From NCBI GenBank assembly GCA_963778655.1, contig CAVZVA010000003.1, positions 480,001 through 544,000 on the forward strand: a DNA stretch of 64,000 bases. The letters are read 5' to 3'. Both the position numbers and the translations under genes were made by a program. The notes under the pieces are model-generated. The model worked only from the letters and a program-made list of their open reading frames with translations. It had not been told where the DNA came from and did no database searches. Below, piece after piece: positions 30,193-41,917 of the stretch (positions are counted from its first letter, which is position 1; the number at the start of each line of letters is the position of its first letter). Source of the stretch: an uncultured delta proteobacterium. GTDB lineage: Bacteria > Myxococcota_A > Polyangia > Polyangiales > JAFGIB01.

Positions 30193-31393
30193 ATGCCGAT
30201 CGAGTGGTTCATCGCATTGCGCCTGCTGCGTGAGAGCCGCGCCCAGACCGCGCTCATCTTGGGCGGCGTCTCGGTGGGCGTGGCAGTGATCGTGTTCCTG
30301 TCCTCGCTCATCGACGGGCTGCAGCTCAGCATCATCGAGCGCACGCTGGGCTCGCAGCCGCACATCACCGTCTTCCGGCCCGACGAGACGGCGCGCGAGG
30401 TGTTCCCGCGCGAGTCGGGCGGTCCGGCCTGGATCGCACGCGTCGAGAAGCCCGCGCAGCGAGCTCGCGGCCTGGTCGAATGGCAACGCCTGCTGCGCAG
30501 GTTGCAAGTCGAGCCCGGCGTGGTGGCGACGGCCGCGGTGGCGGCCGGTCCCGCGCTCGCGCTGCGCGGCCAAGTGACGCGCGGCATCCAGTTGATCGGC
30601 GCAGCGGCCGACGAGCTCGACCGCATCATCGGCCTGCGTGAGCGGATGCGCGGCGGGACGCTCGATCTCGGTGCCGGACGCATCGTGCTCGGTCTGGAGC
30701 TCGCACGCGACCTGGGTGTGGGCGTCGGCGACCGCGTGCGGGTGGAGACCATGCGCGGCGGGAGCCAGCTCTTCCTGGTCGCCGGCCTGTTCGAGCTGGG
30801 CAACAAGGCCGTGGACTCCCGATGGGCGCTGTGCTCGCTGCGCGCCGGCCAGGCCTTGCTCGGGCTGCCGGGCGGTGCGACCGAGGTCTACGTGCGCGTA
30901 TCGGAGATCTACGCCGCCGAGCGCATCGCCGCGCGCATCCGCGGCGCGACCGGGCTATCGGCCGAGAGCTGGATGACCACCAACGCGCAGCTTCTCACCG
31001 GGCTGCGCTCGCAATCGGCCTCGAGCGCGCTGATCCAGGTCTTCGTGGTGCTCGCGGTCGCGATGGGCATCGCCAGCGTGCTCATCGTTTCGGTCGTGCA
31101 GCGCGCGCGAGCCATCGGCATTCTGCGCGCGATGGGCATGCCGCGCGTGCGGATCCTGCGCCTGTTCCTGTTCCAAGGCGCGGTCTACGGCGCGCTGGGC
31201 TCGCTGCTCGGTTCCGCGTTCGGCATCGGCTTGGTGTGGTCGTTTCTGCGTTTCGCGTCGCCCCTCTTTCCGATCGAGTTCTCTTTGGGCCGCCTCGTGC
31301 TCGCGTGCGCGATCGCCATCGTCTCGGGCGTGGTGTCGGCCGTGCTGCCCGCGCGGCGCGCGGCGAAGCTGGATCCGGCGGTGGCGATCCGCA

Positions 31394-31401
<8 letters not shown>
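30193..31401 (+). CDS. ABC transporter permease (MacB/FtsX/LolE family)
   Basis: IALRLL, 4-TM pattern, [23 protein letters not shown]. Confidence 0.9.
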
Positions 31402-32113
<712 letters not shown>

Positions 32114-32399
32114 GCGCGCGGCGCCTCCCGTGCACGCGTCGGCTCCGGGATGCGACGCCGAGCTTGCATCGGGCGCGCGCTGAGGGTGACGGCGCCGAGC
32201 TCGAGCCTTCGGCATGCCGTGGTGGCGATCAACCAGTCCACCTGGAACGCGGACGACGTCACCGACCAGTTCTGGGGCGCGATGGCGTCCGCCGGCGTTG
32301 CCTATGACATGTGTGGACCACGGGCGTCGCCAACAACAACGGCTTCTTCGAGGCGTCGGCCAACTGTCGCCCATGGCCGAGAGGCCGAAGCTGGTCACG

Positions 32400-32866
32400 A
32401 TGATGAGCGAGCTCCGACACGGTCGCATCGGTGGCGCGCTCGGTGGCTTCGATGACTGCGCCGGCCCTGCCGTGAAGCGCGGCGCGTTCGGCCACTGGTA
32501 GATCTCGGTATAGCGCGTCGCGGATCAATAAATGAGTGAAGCGATAGGTCTGAATGGCACGCGGGACCTCGCGCAGGATCCCTGTCACCACTACGGCGCT
32601 GAGCCGGCCTCGCACGTGCGAATGCTGGTTTGCGCTTCGCCGTCATCCCCGAGCGCAATTCGCGCGCCATAGATAGCGCGCTTGACCGAAGCGGGAGTGA
32701 CGTGCACGTCCGGCCAAAGTGCCTGAAGCAGTTCCTCGGTAGAAACCGGACGGTCACGATTTTCGATCAAATGCAAGAATAGCTGCGCGACCTTCGGCTG
32801 AAGACGGACGCGTTCGGCCCCCTTGCGGAGTTCCTGCTGCGCCGCATCCAGGACCAGGCCTCCCAT
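32400..32866 (-). pseudogene. Internally deleted winged-helix (trans_reg_C) / AAA-ATPase transcriptional regulator
   Basis: LVLDAAQQELRKGAERVRLQPK..LLQALWPDVHV..RIALGDDG..IRT joined out of frame to [30 protein letters not shown]. Confidence 0.7.
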
Positions 32867-32904
32867 GCGAAACGCGCGTCCTGTCGGAGCGAGCTCGACC
32901 GCGC

Positions 32905-33000
32905 CCGCATCGCGGTTTGGGCGTGGATGTTGACGCCGCGCACCTCCGCCACGAGCTCGGCACTGCGCTTTGCGGTGCGCTCTTCAGCCGCACCCACGAG
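32905..33000 (-). mobile_element. Possible tiny IS91-like (Y2) transposase remnant
   Basis: LVAEVRGVNIHAQTAM resembles the G(F/V)NLHA segment of IS91-type transposases; short, from recall only. Confidence 0.3.
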
Positions 33001-33051
33001 CCGCAGCGTCGGCCGGCCCGCGCGCGCGCCGATCAGCCCGTGGCCTTGCGC

Positions 33052-36000
33052 TCAGCCGTAGCCGCCGCCCGAAGGCGTGGAGATCACGAACACGTCGCCC
33101 GCCCGCATCTGAGTCTGGTCGGACGAGGCGAGCGTCTCGCGCGCGCCGTCCGCCCGCTCGACCCAGGTGCGGCCGACCTCGCCGGGCCCGCCGCCGGCCA
33201 TGCCGTACGGCGGCACCACCCGATGGCCGGCGACGATCGCGGCGGTCATCGGCGCCAAGAAGCGGATGCGCCGCAGCGCGCCGTCTCCGCCGCGAAAACG
33301 CCCGCGCCCGCCCGAGCCGGCGCGGATCGAGTGTTCCTCGATCAGCACCGGAAAGCGCAGCTCGATCACCTCTGGATCGGTCAGCCGCGAGTTGGTCATG
33401 TGCGTTTGCACGGCGGCAGTGCCGTCGAAATCCTCGCCCGCGCCCGATCCGCCTGCGACGGTCTCGTAATACTGGTAGCGCTCGTTGCCAAAGGTGAAGT
33501 TGTTCATCGTGCCCTGCGAGGCCGCCATCACGCCGAGCGCGCCGTAGATCGCGTCGGTGACGCACTGCGAGGTCTCGACGTTGCCGGCCACGGTCGCTGC
33601 CGGCGGCCTGGGCGAGAGCATGGAGCCTTCGGGGATGACGATCGCGATCGGCTTGAGGCAGCCCGCGTTCATCGGGATCTCGTCCTGCACCAGCGTGCGA
33701 AACACGTACAGCACCGCAGCATGCACCACGGCGGGAGGCGCGTTGAAGTTGCTCTGCAGCTGCGCGCTCGTCCCGCTGAAGTCGACGGTGGCGCTGCGGG
33801 TCGCGCGGTCCACGCGCACCTCGACGCGGATCACCGCGCCGTTATCCATGACGTGCTCGAAGCGGCCGTCCTTGAGCGCGGCGATCGCCCGGCGCACGCT
33901 CTCCTCGGCGTTGTCCTGAACGTGCTGCATATAGGCGCGCACGGTGGGCAGGCCGAAGTGGCTCACCATCTTCATCAGCTCCTCGCAACCCTTCTGGCAG
34001 GCGGCGACCTGGGCGCGCAGATCGGCCACGTTCTGGTCGGGATTGCGCGCGGGGTAGCGCGCCCCGGCGAGCAGCGCGCGCAGCTCCGCTTCGCGCATGC
34101 GCCCGGTCTGGACCAGCTTGAAGTTGTCGATCAGCACGCCCTCTTCTTCGGCGCTGTGCGAGCCCGGCGGCATCGACCCCGGTGTGATGCCGCCGATGTC
34201 GGCATGGTGTCCGCGAGCGGCCACGTAGAACAGGATCTCGCGCGCGTCCTGCGCGAATACCGGCAAGACCACGGTCACGTCCGGCAAGTGCGTGCCACCG
34301 TGATAGGGATCGTTGAGCGCATACACGTCGCCCGGGCGCATGCGGCCCGCGTTCCTCGCGATCACGGTCTTGATCGATTCGCCCATGCTGCCGAGGTGCA
34401 CCGGCATGTGCGGCGCATTGGCGACAAGGTTGCCGCGCGCGTCGAACAAGGCGCACGAGAAGTCGAGGCGCTCCTTGATGTTGACCGAGTGCGCGGTGTT
34501 CGCGAGCCGAACGCCCATCTGCTCGGCGACCGACATGAACAGATTGTTGAACACCTCGAGCAGCACCGGATCGACGCCGGTCCCCGAAGCGCGCCGGGCG
34601 GCCGGCGCGGCCGCGCGCTCGAGCACCAGGCCGTGGGCGGAGACCTGCGCGTGCCAGCCGGGCTCGACCACGGTCGTGGCGTTGTCCTCGACGATGATCG
34701 CAGGCCCCTCGATACGCTGCGCGAGCGCGAGCGCCTCGCGGCGAAACACCGGGGTGGAGCGCCAGGCGCCGCCCGCACGCATGCGTACTTGCGCCAGCGG
34801 GAGGGCCGCGGCAGCAGGCGCGCTCGCGACGGCCGATGGAATCTGCTCGCCACTCTCGCCGATAGCCTCGACCGAAAGCGCCTCGATGACGACCCCGCGC
34901 TCGGGCAGCAGGAACGAAAAGCGCGCGCGGTACGTGGCTTCGAACGCCGCACGCATCGCCGTGGCATCTGCAACCGGCACCAGCAGCGCGGTGTCGGTGC
35001 CCTCGTACTTCAGGTGCGCGCGGCGCAGCACCCGCAGGCGCTCGGGCGCGACGCCTTGCGCCAGCACCTCCTCGCGAGCAGCCTCCGCGAGCCGCTCGAG
35101 CTCGGGTCCCAGCTGCTGCAACGAGCGCGGACTGAGCGGCAGCTCGAACGCCTGCTCGCGCATCGCGGTGATGTCCGCCAGTCCCATGCCGAAGGCCGAG
35201 AGCACGCCCGCGAGCGGATGGATGAACACGCGCGACATCCCGAGCTCGTCCGCGATCAGGCACGCGTGCTGCCCGCCGGCACCGCCGAAGCACGCCAGCG
35301 TGTATCCGGTCACGTCGTAGCCGCGCTGGACCGAGACCAACTTGATCGCGTTCGCCATGTTCGCGACCGCGATGCGCAAGAAGCCCTCCGCGACCTCTTC
35401 GGGCGCGAGCGCACGCCCCGTGGCATCGCCAATCTGCCTCGCCAGCGCCTCGAAGGCTTCGACCACGGCCGCGCGGTCCAGCGGCGCGTCGGCACCGGGG
35501 CCGAACACGTGCGGAAAGAATTCGGGCTGGATCTTGCCCAGCATCACGTTGCAGTCGGTGACCGCGAGCGGACCGCCGCGTCGATAGCAGGTGGGACCGG
35601 GCTCGGCGCCGGCGGACTGCGGGCCCACCTGGTAGCGCTGCCCATCGAAGCGCAGGATCGAGCCGCCGCCGGCCGCGATGGTGTGGATCGACATCATCGG
35701 CGCGCGCATGCGCACGCCGGCCACGATCGCATCGGTCTCGCGCTCACAGTCCGCCAGGCTTTCGCCTGCGAAGTGCGACACGTCGGTGGAGGTCCCGCCC
35801 ATGTCGAAGCCGATCAGCTGCCGGAATCCCGCCGCCAGCGCGGTGCGCACCACGCCGACGATGCCCCCGGCCGGACCCGAGAGGATCGCGTCCTTGCCTT
35901 CGAAGCGGCCCGCGGCGGTCAGACCGCCGTCCGATTTCATGAAGTACAGCGGTGCCGCCTGGCCGTCGTGCTCGAGCTCGGCCGCCAGCTGGCTCACGTA

Positions 36001-36675
36001 GCGGCGCAGGACGGGCGAGAGATAGGCGTCGACCACGGTGGTGTCGCCGCGAGAGACCAGCTTCAGCAGCGGGCTCACCTGGTGCGAGGCCGACACTTGG
36101 GGGAAGCCGGCGGCGCGCGCGAGCTCGGCCACGCGCGCTTCGTGCCGCGGGTAGCGCCAGGCGTGCATGAGCACGATCGCGGCCGAGCGAAAGCCCTCGG
36201 CATAGGCCTGCGCGAGCGCGCGGGTGAGGCTCGCCTCGTCGAGCGGCAGCAGCAGCTCGCCGTGCGCGCCCATGCGCTCGTCGACCTCGATCACACTGCG
36301 ATACAGCAGCTCGGGCAGCCGGATGTTGCGCGCGAACAACTCGGGCCGGTTCTGGTAGCCGATGCGCAGCTGATCGCGGAATCCGCGCGTGATCAGCAGC
36401 ACGGTCGGCTCGCCGCGACGCTCGAGCAGGGCATTGGTCGCGACCGTGGTTCCCATCTTAACCGCGCCGATGCGCTCGACCGGAATCGGCTCGCCCGGCG
36501 CAAGGCCCATCAGACGCCGAATGCCCTCGATCGCCGCATCGCGATACTGCTCGGCGCGCTCGGAAAGCAGCTTGGTGGTGAGCAGCGCACCATCCGGCCG
36601 CCGCGCGACCACGTCGGTGAAGGTTCCACCGCGGTCGATCCACAGCTGCCAGGCAGGACCGCGGTGCGCGCTCAT
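33052..36675 (-). CDS. oplA: 5-oxoprolinase, ATP-hydrolysing (fused hydantoinase A/B)
   Basis: [82 protein letters not shown]. Confidence 0.93.
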   Translation of the reverse strand: MSAHRGPAWQLWIDRGGTFTDVVARRPDGALLTTKLLSERAEQYRDAAIEGIRRLMGLAPGEPIPVERIGAVKMGTTVATNALLERRGEPTVLLITRGFRDQLRIGYQNRPELFARNIRLPELLYRSVIEVDERMGAHGELLLPLDEASLTRALAQAYAEGFRSAAIVLMHAWRYPRHEARVAELARAAGFPQVSASHQVSPLLKLVSRGDTTVVDAYLSPVLRRYVSQLAAELEHDGQAAPLYFMKSDGGLTAAGRFEGKDAILSGPAGGIVGVVRTALAAGFRQLIGFDMGGTSTDVSHFAGESLADCERETDAIVAGVRMRAPMMSIHTIAAGGGSILRFDGQRYQVGPQSAGAEPGPTCYRRGGPLAVTDCNVMLGKIQPEFFPHVFGPGADAPLDRAAVVEAFEALARQIGDATGRALAPEEVAEGFLRIAVANMANAIKLVSVQRGYDVTGYTLACFGGAGGQHACLIADELGMSRVFIHPLAGVLSAFGMGLADITAMREQAFELPLSPRSLQQLGPELERLAEAAREEVLAQGVAPERLRVLRRAHLKYEGTDTALLVPVADATAMRAAFEATYRARFSFLLPERGVVIEALSVEAIGESGEQIPSAVASAPAAAALPLAQVRMRAGGAWRSTPVFRREALALAQRIEGPAIIVEDNATTVVEPGWHAQVSAHGLVLERAAAPAARRASGTGVDPVLLEVFNNLFMSVAEQMGVRLANTAHSVNIKERLDFSCALFDARGNLVANAPHMPVHLGSMGESIKTVIARNAGRMRPGDVYALNDPYHGGTHLPDVTVVLPVFAQDAREILFYVAARGHHADIGGITPGSMPPGSHSAEEEGVLIDNFKLVQTGRMREAELRALLAGARYPARNPDQNVADLRAQVAACQKGCEELMKMVSHFGLPTVRAYMQHVQDNAEESVRRAIAALKDGRFEHVMDNGAVIRVEVRVDRATRSATVDFSGTSAQLQSNFNAPPAVVHAAVLYVFRTLVQDEIPMNAGCLKPIAIVIPEGSMLSPRPPAATVAGNVETSQCVTDAIYGALGVMAASQGTMNNFTFGNERYQYYETVAGGSGAGEDFDGTAAVQTHMTNSRLTDPEVIELRFPVLIEEHSIRAGSGGRGRFRGGDGALRRIRFLAPMTAAIVAGHRVVPPYGMAGGGPGEVGRTWVERADGARETLASSDQTQMRAGDVFVISTPSGGGYG

Positions 36676-36789
36676 TCACCCGAGTCTGCGCGAGATCCCA
36701 CCGCCGGCGCCAGCGGGCCGGCCCTCAGGTGGATACGGGACTGGTGCGGCCGCGTCGCCCAACGGGCGAGCGCCGCCGCCCGCGCCGCC

Positions 36790-37416
36790 TCACTCGTGCT
36801 CGCCCTCGGCGGCCTCCGCCAGCCAGTCGGCGATCGCCTGCAAATGTCGATCGAAATCGACACGGGCCGCCTGCAGCGCCCGCGTATCACCGCCGATCGC
36901 GCGTTCCCGGGCGTCGGCGTACGCGCCCGTCAGCGACTGGGCCAGCGCCTCGTAATCCAGCAGCAGGCGCGAGTTGACGCCCCACGGATCGATCGCCTTG
37001 ACGCGCCTTCGGATCTCGGAGACCCGGCGCGGCATCCGCCTGCGGACCCTCTCGACCGCGGCCTTGCTCGAGGCGCGATCGTAGCGCGCCCGCGCCGCCC
37101 GCAGTAGCCGCACCACCGCCCGATGCGCGTCGAGTCGCTTGCGGTCGAACCCCAGCTGGCGCTCGCGCTCCTCGCGCGCCATGTGCTCGCGCCACTGCTG
37201 CTCCGAACGCTTGCCTGCGACCGGATCTTCGGGCAGGCGCGACGGATCGGGCTGCGGCACGGGCGCCGCGCGGGGCGCGAGCTGGGGCTGCGCGGCGCGC
37301 GCCGCCGGTTGCCGGCGACAGGCCGCGGGCGCGCCGAGCAGCGCGACCGCGACCGCGACGCGCCCCCATACGGGTGCGCCGGCTCGCGGCGCCGGCTCGC
37401 TGCTTGCCTGCGTCAC
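36790..37416 (-). CDS. Hypothetical helical protein, possible lipoprotein
   Basis: Hydrophobic stretch plus PAAC, helical charged body; co-oriented and tightly spaced with neighbours. Confidence 0.65.
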   Translation of the reverse strand: MTQASSEPAPRAGAPVWGRVAVAVALLGAPAACRRQPAARAAQPQLAPRAAPVPQPDPSRLPEDPVAGKRSEQQWREHMAREERERQLGFDRKRLDAHRAVVRLLRAARARYDRASSKAAVERVRRRMPRRVSEIRRRVKAIDPWGVNSRLLLDYEALAQSLTGAYADARERAIGGDTRALQAARVDFDRHLQAIADWLAEAAEGEHE

Positions 37417-37428
37417 GCGCCCGCTACG

Positions 37429-38931
37429 CTACGGCGGTCCTGCCGCGCCGGCCGCGCGGGCGAAGTAGATATCGCCGGAATCGTTTCGTGTGTCCTCCCA
37501 CACGACCAAGACATCCGAGCCCTGTACCACGATGCCCTTGTAGTCGCCCAGGAAGTCGGTGTTGCCGCTGCCGTGCCCGTCGGTGACCTGCACGTTGGGC
37601 TCGAAGCCCTTGCTCGGATCGGCCGAGCGCGCGTACCAGGTCTCGTTCTGCCCGCCGTCGCGGTAGTCCGTCCACGCGACGTGGACGCGGCCGTATTCGT
37701 CGACCGCCACCCACGACTCGAACTGGCGCGACGGGCTGGTGTTGTCATTGACTCGAATCGGATCGGTCCAGGTGTCGCCGCCATCCTTCGAGTAGAGCAC
37801 CCACACATCGTCGTCGCCCTCGCCGGCCGGCATCTGGCTGGCCCAGGTGATCGCCACGTACTTGCCGGTCGAATCCGACGCGGCGCCGACGATCGGGTGC
37901 TGCCTGGGATTGCAGCTGAAGCAGAACGTGCCCATGTCCGGCAGCAGGTCACGCGGCGCATCGTAGGTCGCCCCGTTGTCCTTGCTGCGCAGATAGCGCA
38001 GCTGGTTGCGATCGGAGTCCACGTTGTACGGCACGTGAACCAGACCGGTGGTCGACGTGGTGATACCCGTGCCGTGGACGATGTTGCCGAGCGATTGAAC
38101 CGGCCCCCAGGTCGTGCCGTGGTCCAACGAGCGCTTGATGCCGCCCGGATTGCCCAGCCAGGAGACGAACAGCGTGCCGTCCTCCGTGCCCCCGGTCACC
38201 CACGGCTTGTCGGGCGCGCTCTGGATCTCGCGAGGGTCCGACCAAGTCTTCCCGCGGTCGCTCGAGGTCATCATGCGTATGCTGCCCATCGAGCCGAAGC
38301 TGTTGAGGTACTGCTGGCACACCGCATACATGGTTCCACCGGCGTCGATGGCGACGGCGGGATCGCCGACGAAGCTGGCCGTGTTCGAAATCGAGACGTT
38401 CTTGCTCCAGGTGAGGCCGCCGTCGGTCGAGAACGAGAACGCGCAGACCCGCGACGCGCGCTCGTCCATCCAGCCGGCCAGCACCAGCCCGTCCGGTCCC
38501 GCGGCGAGCGCAACCTCCGTCTGGCGGGCGCTGCCGGTGTCGTCGTTGAGGCGAATGTTCTTGCTGAACAGCGCTGGCCCGAGCGGTCCGTGCGGCTGGC
38601 CTCCCGCGTCCGGCGTGCCCATCATGCCTGCGGCGCCGCTGCCTGCGCCGCCTGCGTCGATGACCCCCGGCATGCCGCCGGTACCCATCATTGCGGGGAC
38701 GCCCCCGGTACCGCTGAAGCCGGCGCCGCCGGTGCCCACGCCCGAGCCTCCCGTGGCCGTGCCCACCCCCCCGGTGCTCGCCCCGGTCGCTCCGGTGCCA
38801 AAACCCGTGACGCCCGTGCCGCCGGTCGCGCCGAATCCACCGCTCCCGAAGCCCACGTCATTCGAGCGATCCGCGCTGGAGCATCCGCAGCAGCACACCG
38901 CGAGCGCCACCATTGCCCAGCTCCGGTTCAT
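37429..38931 (-). CDS. BNR/Asp-box beta-propeller (sialidase-like) lipoprotein
   Basis: Lipobox-like AVCCCGC, Gly/Thr linker, Asp-boxes STDGGLTW, SSDRGKTW, SLDHGTTW, SKDNGATY, SKDGGDTW; FLGDY. Confidence 0.85.
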   Translation of the reverse strand: MNRSWAMVALAVCCCGCSSADRSNDVGFGSGGFGATGGTGVTGFGTGATGASTGGVGTATGGSGVGTGGAGFSGTGGVPAMMGTGGMPGVIDAGGAGSGAAGMMGTPDAGGQPHGPLGPALFSKNIRLNDDTGSARQTEVALAAGPDGLVLAGWMDERASRVCAFSFSTDGGLTWSKNVSISNTASFVGDPAVAIDAGGTMYAVCQQYLNSFGSMGSIRMMTSSDRGKTWSDPREIQSAPDKPWVTGGTEDGTLFVSWLGNPGGIKRSLDHGTTWGPVQSLGNIVHGTGITTSTTGLVHVPYNVDSDRNQLRYLRSKDNGATYDAPRDLLPDMGTFCFSCNPRQHPIVGAASDSTGKYVAITWASQMPAGEGDDDVWVLYSKDGGDTWTDPIRVNDNTSPSRQFESWVAVDEYGRVHVAWTDYRDGGQNETWYARSADPSKGFEPNVQVTDGHGSGNTDFLGDYKGIVVQGSDVLVVWEDTRNDSGDIYFARAAGAAGPP

Positions 38932-39553
38932 GTCGGCCTCCTGATCTCAATGATGAGATCGCACGGCCAGGCTGCCCAGTGCAGAGGCGGGCAGCCATGC
39001 CGTTCACCCACTCGAGCCGCCTTCGAGTGGAACCCCGCGTCACGACTCGGGTCAAGGGGATCCCGCGCGAAAGGACGGGGGCGACCGTTGCCGCTGCGCT
39101 CAACGGTGAGCGCCGAGGTCAGCGCCGCGCGCCGCGGTCACAACACCACGCTCGGCCACCACCGCTGGCTGCTGCGCAACCAAATCGGTCCCACCGCGAT
39201 CGGTGGCACGGTCGCATGCAACGACTTCTCGGGCTTCGCGCTGCGACGTCGGCGAGACCGCTGCGATGCTCGCTGTGCTTCGACGACACGGGGAGGGCCG
39301 AGGGCGCGTCTGGCCGACCGGTTGAGCACCTCGTCCGCCGCCGCCATGCGCCCCCGCAACATGATCCGTGATCCAGGCCACTCGACCGGATGCTCCGGCC
39401 CGCTCTGGGCCAATTTGGGATGGACGGCAACGTGGTCGGAGCCCCCACACTCGGTTTCGCGTGGACCGCGCGGCTGCCGCTCGATATGTTGGTGATTCCG
39501 AGCTCCACGGAGCGCGCGCTCCCGCTCTCCGCGGACCGCCGCAGGTCGCCGCG

Positions 39554-41113
39554 ATGCCCGCACCGGAACCCGTCGCCACCGGCAATCTCGCCAAGACACC
39601 TCTGCCCCACCTGCTGGTCTATCTGGAGCAGAAGCGGCTGTCGGGCACGCTCGCGTTGTGGCCCGATCCCGACACCCAGGAGCAGAACAAGCAGGATCGC
39701 ATTTTGCTGCTCAAGGGCTCGCCCGTCGCGGGCAAGCTGCTGGAGCCAGCGGCCACGTTGCGCGAGGGCCTGCTGCGCCTGTTCGCGCGAACGCGCGCGC
39801 CCTACGCGTTCTACGAGGCGAACCTGCTCGGCGACGACCGCCAGAGCGCGCGCGTCGACACGCTCTCGCTGATCACCGAGGCGCTGCGCCACTCGGCTCG
39901 CGACGAAGTGGTGCAGGAGGTGCTGCGGCGCTTCGGCAACGCGAAGCTGCGCATGCTGAGCGGGGTCGACCTCGGCCGCTACGAATTCACGGCCGAGGAG
40001 CGCGCGCTGGTCGAGTTGCTGCGCGCCGAGCCCGCGGACGCGGCCGCGCTGAGCGCCGGTAGCGGGCTGGGCGAGACGCGCGGGCGCCGCCTGCTGTACC
40101 TGCTCGCGATCACCAAGGCCGTGGCGCCGTACGAAGGCGGAGCACAGGCCACCACCACTCCGCGCCCGCGTGAGTCCGCGGCCAGCCCGTCGCAGCCGCC
40201 GCCCGCGCGCGACAGCACGCCGCCGCTGCTCGACGCCGACCAGCCCGCGCAAGGCTCCGGGGCACCTCTGCACTCCCGGCTCGACCGACTGCAGAGCATA
40301 CCTCCGCCACCCGATGCGCTCGCCGAGGAGCTGCGCCAGCGCTGGCTGCGGGTGGTGGCCAAGGGTCGCCTGGTCGAAAACCAGAACTACTTCGAAATGC
40401 TCGAGCTCGACAAGGAAGCCAAGTCGAACGACGCGCGCAACAAGTTTTACCAGCTGGCCAAGGAATGGCACCCGGACCGGCTGCCGCCCGAGCTGTCGTC
40501 GCTGCGGGAGTACGTGCAGATCATCTTCAGCTACATGAGCGAGGCGAGCGCGACCCTGGGCGACGAGGAGCAACGCGTCAAGTACGTGCAATCGGTGCGC
40601 GAAGGCGGCGGCACGCCCGCCACCGACAAGCTGATGCAGGCCATCCTCGACACCGCGATGGAGTACGAGCGCGTGCTGGTGATGGCGCGCAAGCACCAAT
40701 ACGACGCGGCGATCGAGCTGATGAAAAAGATCCTCTCGGTGGTCGCCGACGACGCGGAGTACCAGGCCATGTACGCCTCGCTGCTGATGCAGAAGTTTCC
40801 CGGCACGGGCCAGGACGCGCCGCTGCAAAAGATGCTCGAAGCGGTCGACAAGGCGCTCGCCCTGCACGCCCGCCACGAGAAGGCCAACCTGCTCAAGGGG
40901 CAGATCCTGCGCCGCATGGGCCGTCAGGACGAGGCACTGCGATTCTTCCGCACCGCGGCCGAGATCAACCCCCGCAACATCGAGGCGATGCGCGAGGTGC
41001 GCGTGGCGACGATGCGCTCCGACGGAGCCGCCACGACCAAAGCCAAGGGCAAGAAGCAGGAGGAGCCCTCCGGGGTCGGCGGCCTGCTCGGCAAGCTGTT
41101 CAAGAAGACCTGA
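39554..41113 (+). CDS. DUF4388-like, J-domain and TPR protein
   Basis: GNLAKTPLPHLL..LSGTL; NYFEMLEL..LAKEWHPDRL (HPD motif); C-terminal TPRs. Confidence 0.85.
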   Translation: MPAPEPVATGNLAKTPLPHLLVYLEQKRLSGTLALWPDPDTQEQNKQDRILLLKGSPVAGKLLEPAATLREGLLRLFARTRAPYAFYEANLLGDDRQSARVDTLSLITEALRHSARDEVVQEVLRRFGNAKLRMLSGVDLGRYEFTAEERALVELLRAEPADAAALSAGSGLGETRGRRLLYLLAITKAVAPYEGGAQATTTPRPRESAASPSQPPPARDSTPPLLDADQPAQGSGAPLHSRLDRLQSIPPPPDALAEELRQRWLRVVAKGRLVENQNYFEMLELDKEAKSNDARNKFYQLAKEWHPDRLPPELSSLREYVQIIFSYMSEASATLGDEEQRVKYVQSVREGGGTPATDKLMQAILDTAMEYERVLVMARKHQYDAAIELMKKILSVVADDAEYQAMYASLLMQKFPGTGQDAPLQKMLEAVDKALALHARHEKANLLKGQILRRMGRQDEALRFFRTAAEINPRNIEAMREVRVATMRSDGAATTKAKGKKQEEPSGVGGLLGKLFKKT

Positions 41114-41206
41114 GCGGCCTCGGGCTGCGCTGTGGGTGGCGCGGCGGGCCTCCCGCGCGCCGGAGAAAAGTTGCGTGATCCCGCGGCGCGGTGCGACGCA
41201 GGGTCC

Positions 41207-41734
41207 ATGCGCAGCCCCCTCGCCGCCGCCGCCTTGCTCGCGTGCGCATTGCTCGGCGCGTGGCTGGCGCTGGCGCTGCGCCGCCTGCGCGAGACGGCGG
41301 GCGCGCGGGCGCGCCAGCGTCAGGGAGCACGCGGCGAGCGCGCCGCCGAGCGCATGTTGGAGGCCGCGGGCTACCGAATCCACGCGCGCCAGCACAGGAC
41401 CTCGTATCGCATCGAGGTCGACCGCCAAGCGCAGGAAGTCGAGCTGGTGCTGGACTTCGTGGTCGAGCGCGACGGCGAGCATCTGGTCGCCGAGGTCAAG
41501 ACCGGACGCCGCGCGCCGCGCCTCGAGCGCGCGGAGACCCGGCGCCAGCTGCTCGAGTACCAGCTCGCGACCGGCTGCCGCCGCGTGCTGCTGGTGGACG
41601 CCGACGCCGGGGCCATCACTGAGGTGGCGTTCCCGTTGCCTGCTCAGGCCGCGCGATCGGGCACGCGCTGGCGCGCGCTACTCGCGGTCGCGCTGCTCGC
41701 CGCGGCCCTGGCCTGGTGGCGCGCGGCGCGCTGA
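41207..41734 (+). CDS. Membrane-anchored PD-(D/E)XK nuclease-like protein (YraN-like)
   Basis: GERAAERMLEAAGYRI..LDFVVERDG..VAEVKTG..RRQLLEY, with hydrophobic helices at both termini. Confidence 0.7.
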   Translation: MRSPLAAAALLACALLGAWLALALRRLRETAGARARQRQGARGERAAERMLEAAGYRIHARQHRTSYRIEVDRQAQEVELVLDFVVERDGEHLVAEVKTGRRAPRLERAETRRQLLEYQLATGCRRVLLVDADAGAITEVAFPLPAQAARSGTRWRALLAVALLAAALAWWRAAR

Positions 41735-41917
41735 GGACCCGAGCAGAAATGACCTGCTCAGTTGCGGCTCCCGGGCAGGCGCGTTCGCGGCTTTGTCCTC
41801 TGCGGGCGGGCGCGGGCGCGGGCGCGCGCGCGATCGCACTCCGCCGACAAGCCGGCCGTGATCAGGTTATTTCTGCTCGGGTCCTGAGGGTGCGGGCGAG
41901 CCGCGCGCCCGCGGGCC

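Noticed and set aside
32917..37107. 1396-aa plus-strand ORF, and similar long ORFs such as 37123-39495, 25092-27398, 17988-20093 and 39119-41482
   Set aside because: Antisense shadows of well-supported genes; stop codons are scarce in high-GC DNA and no motifs are present
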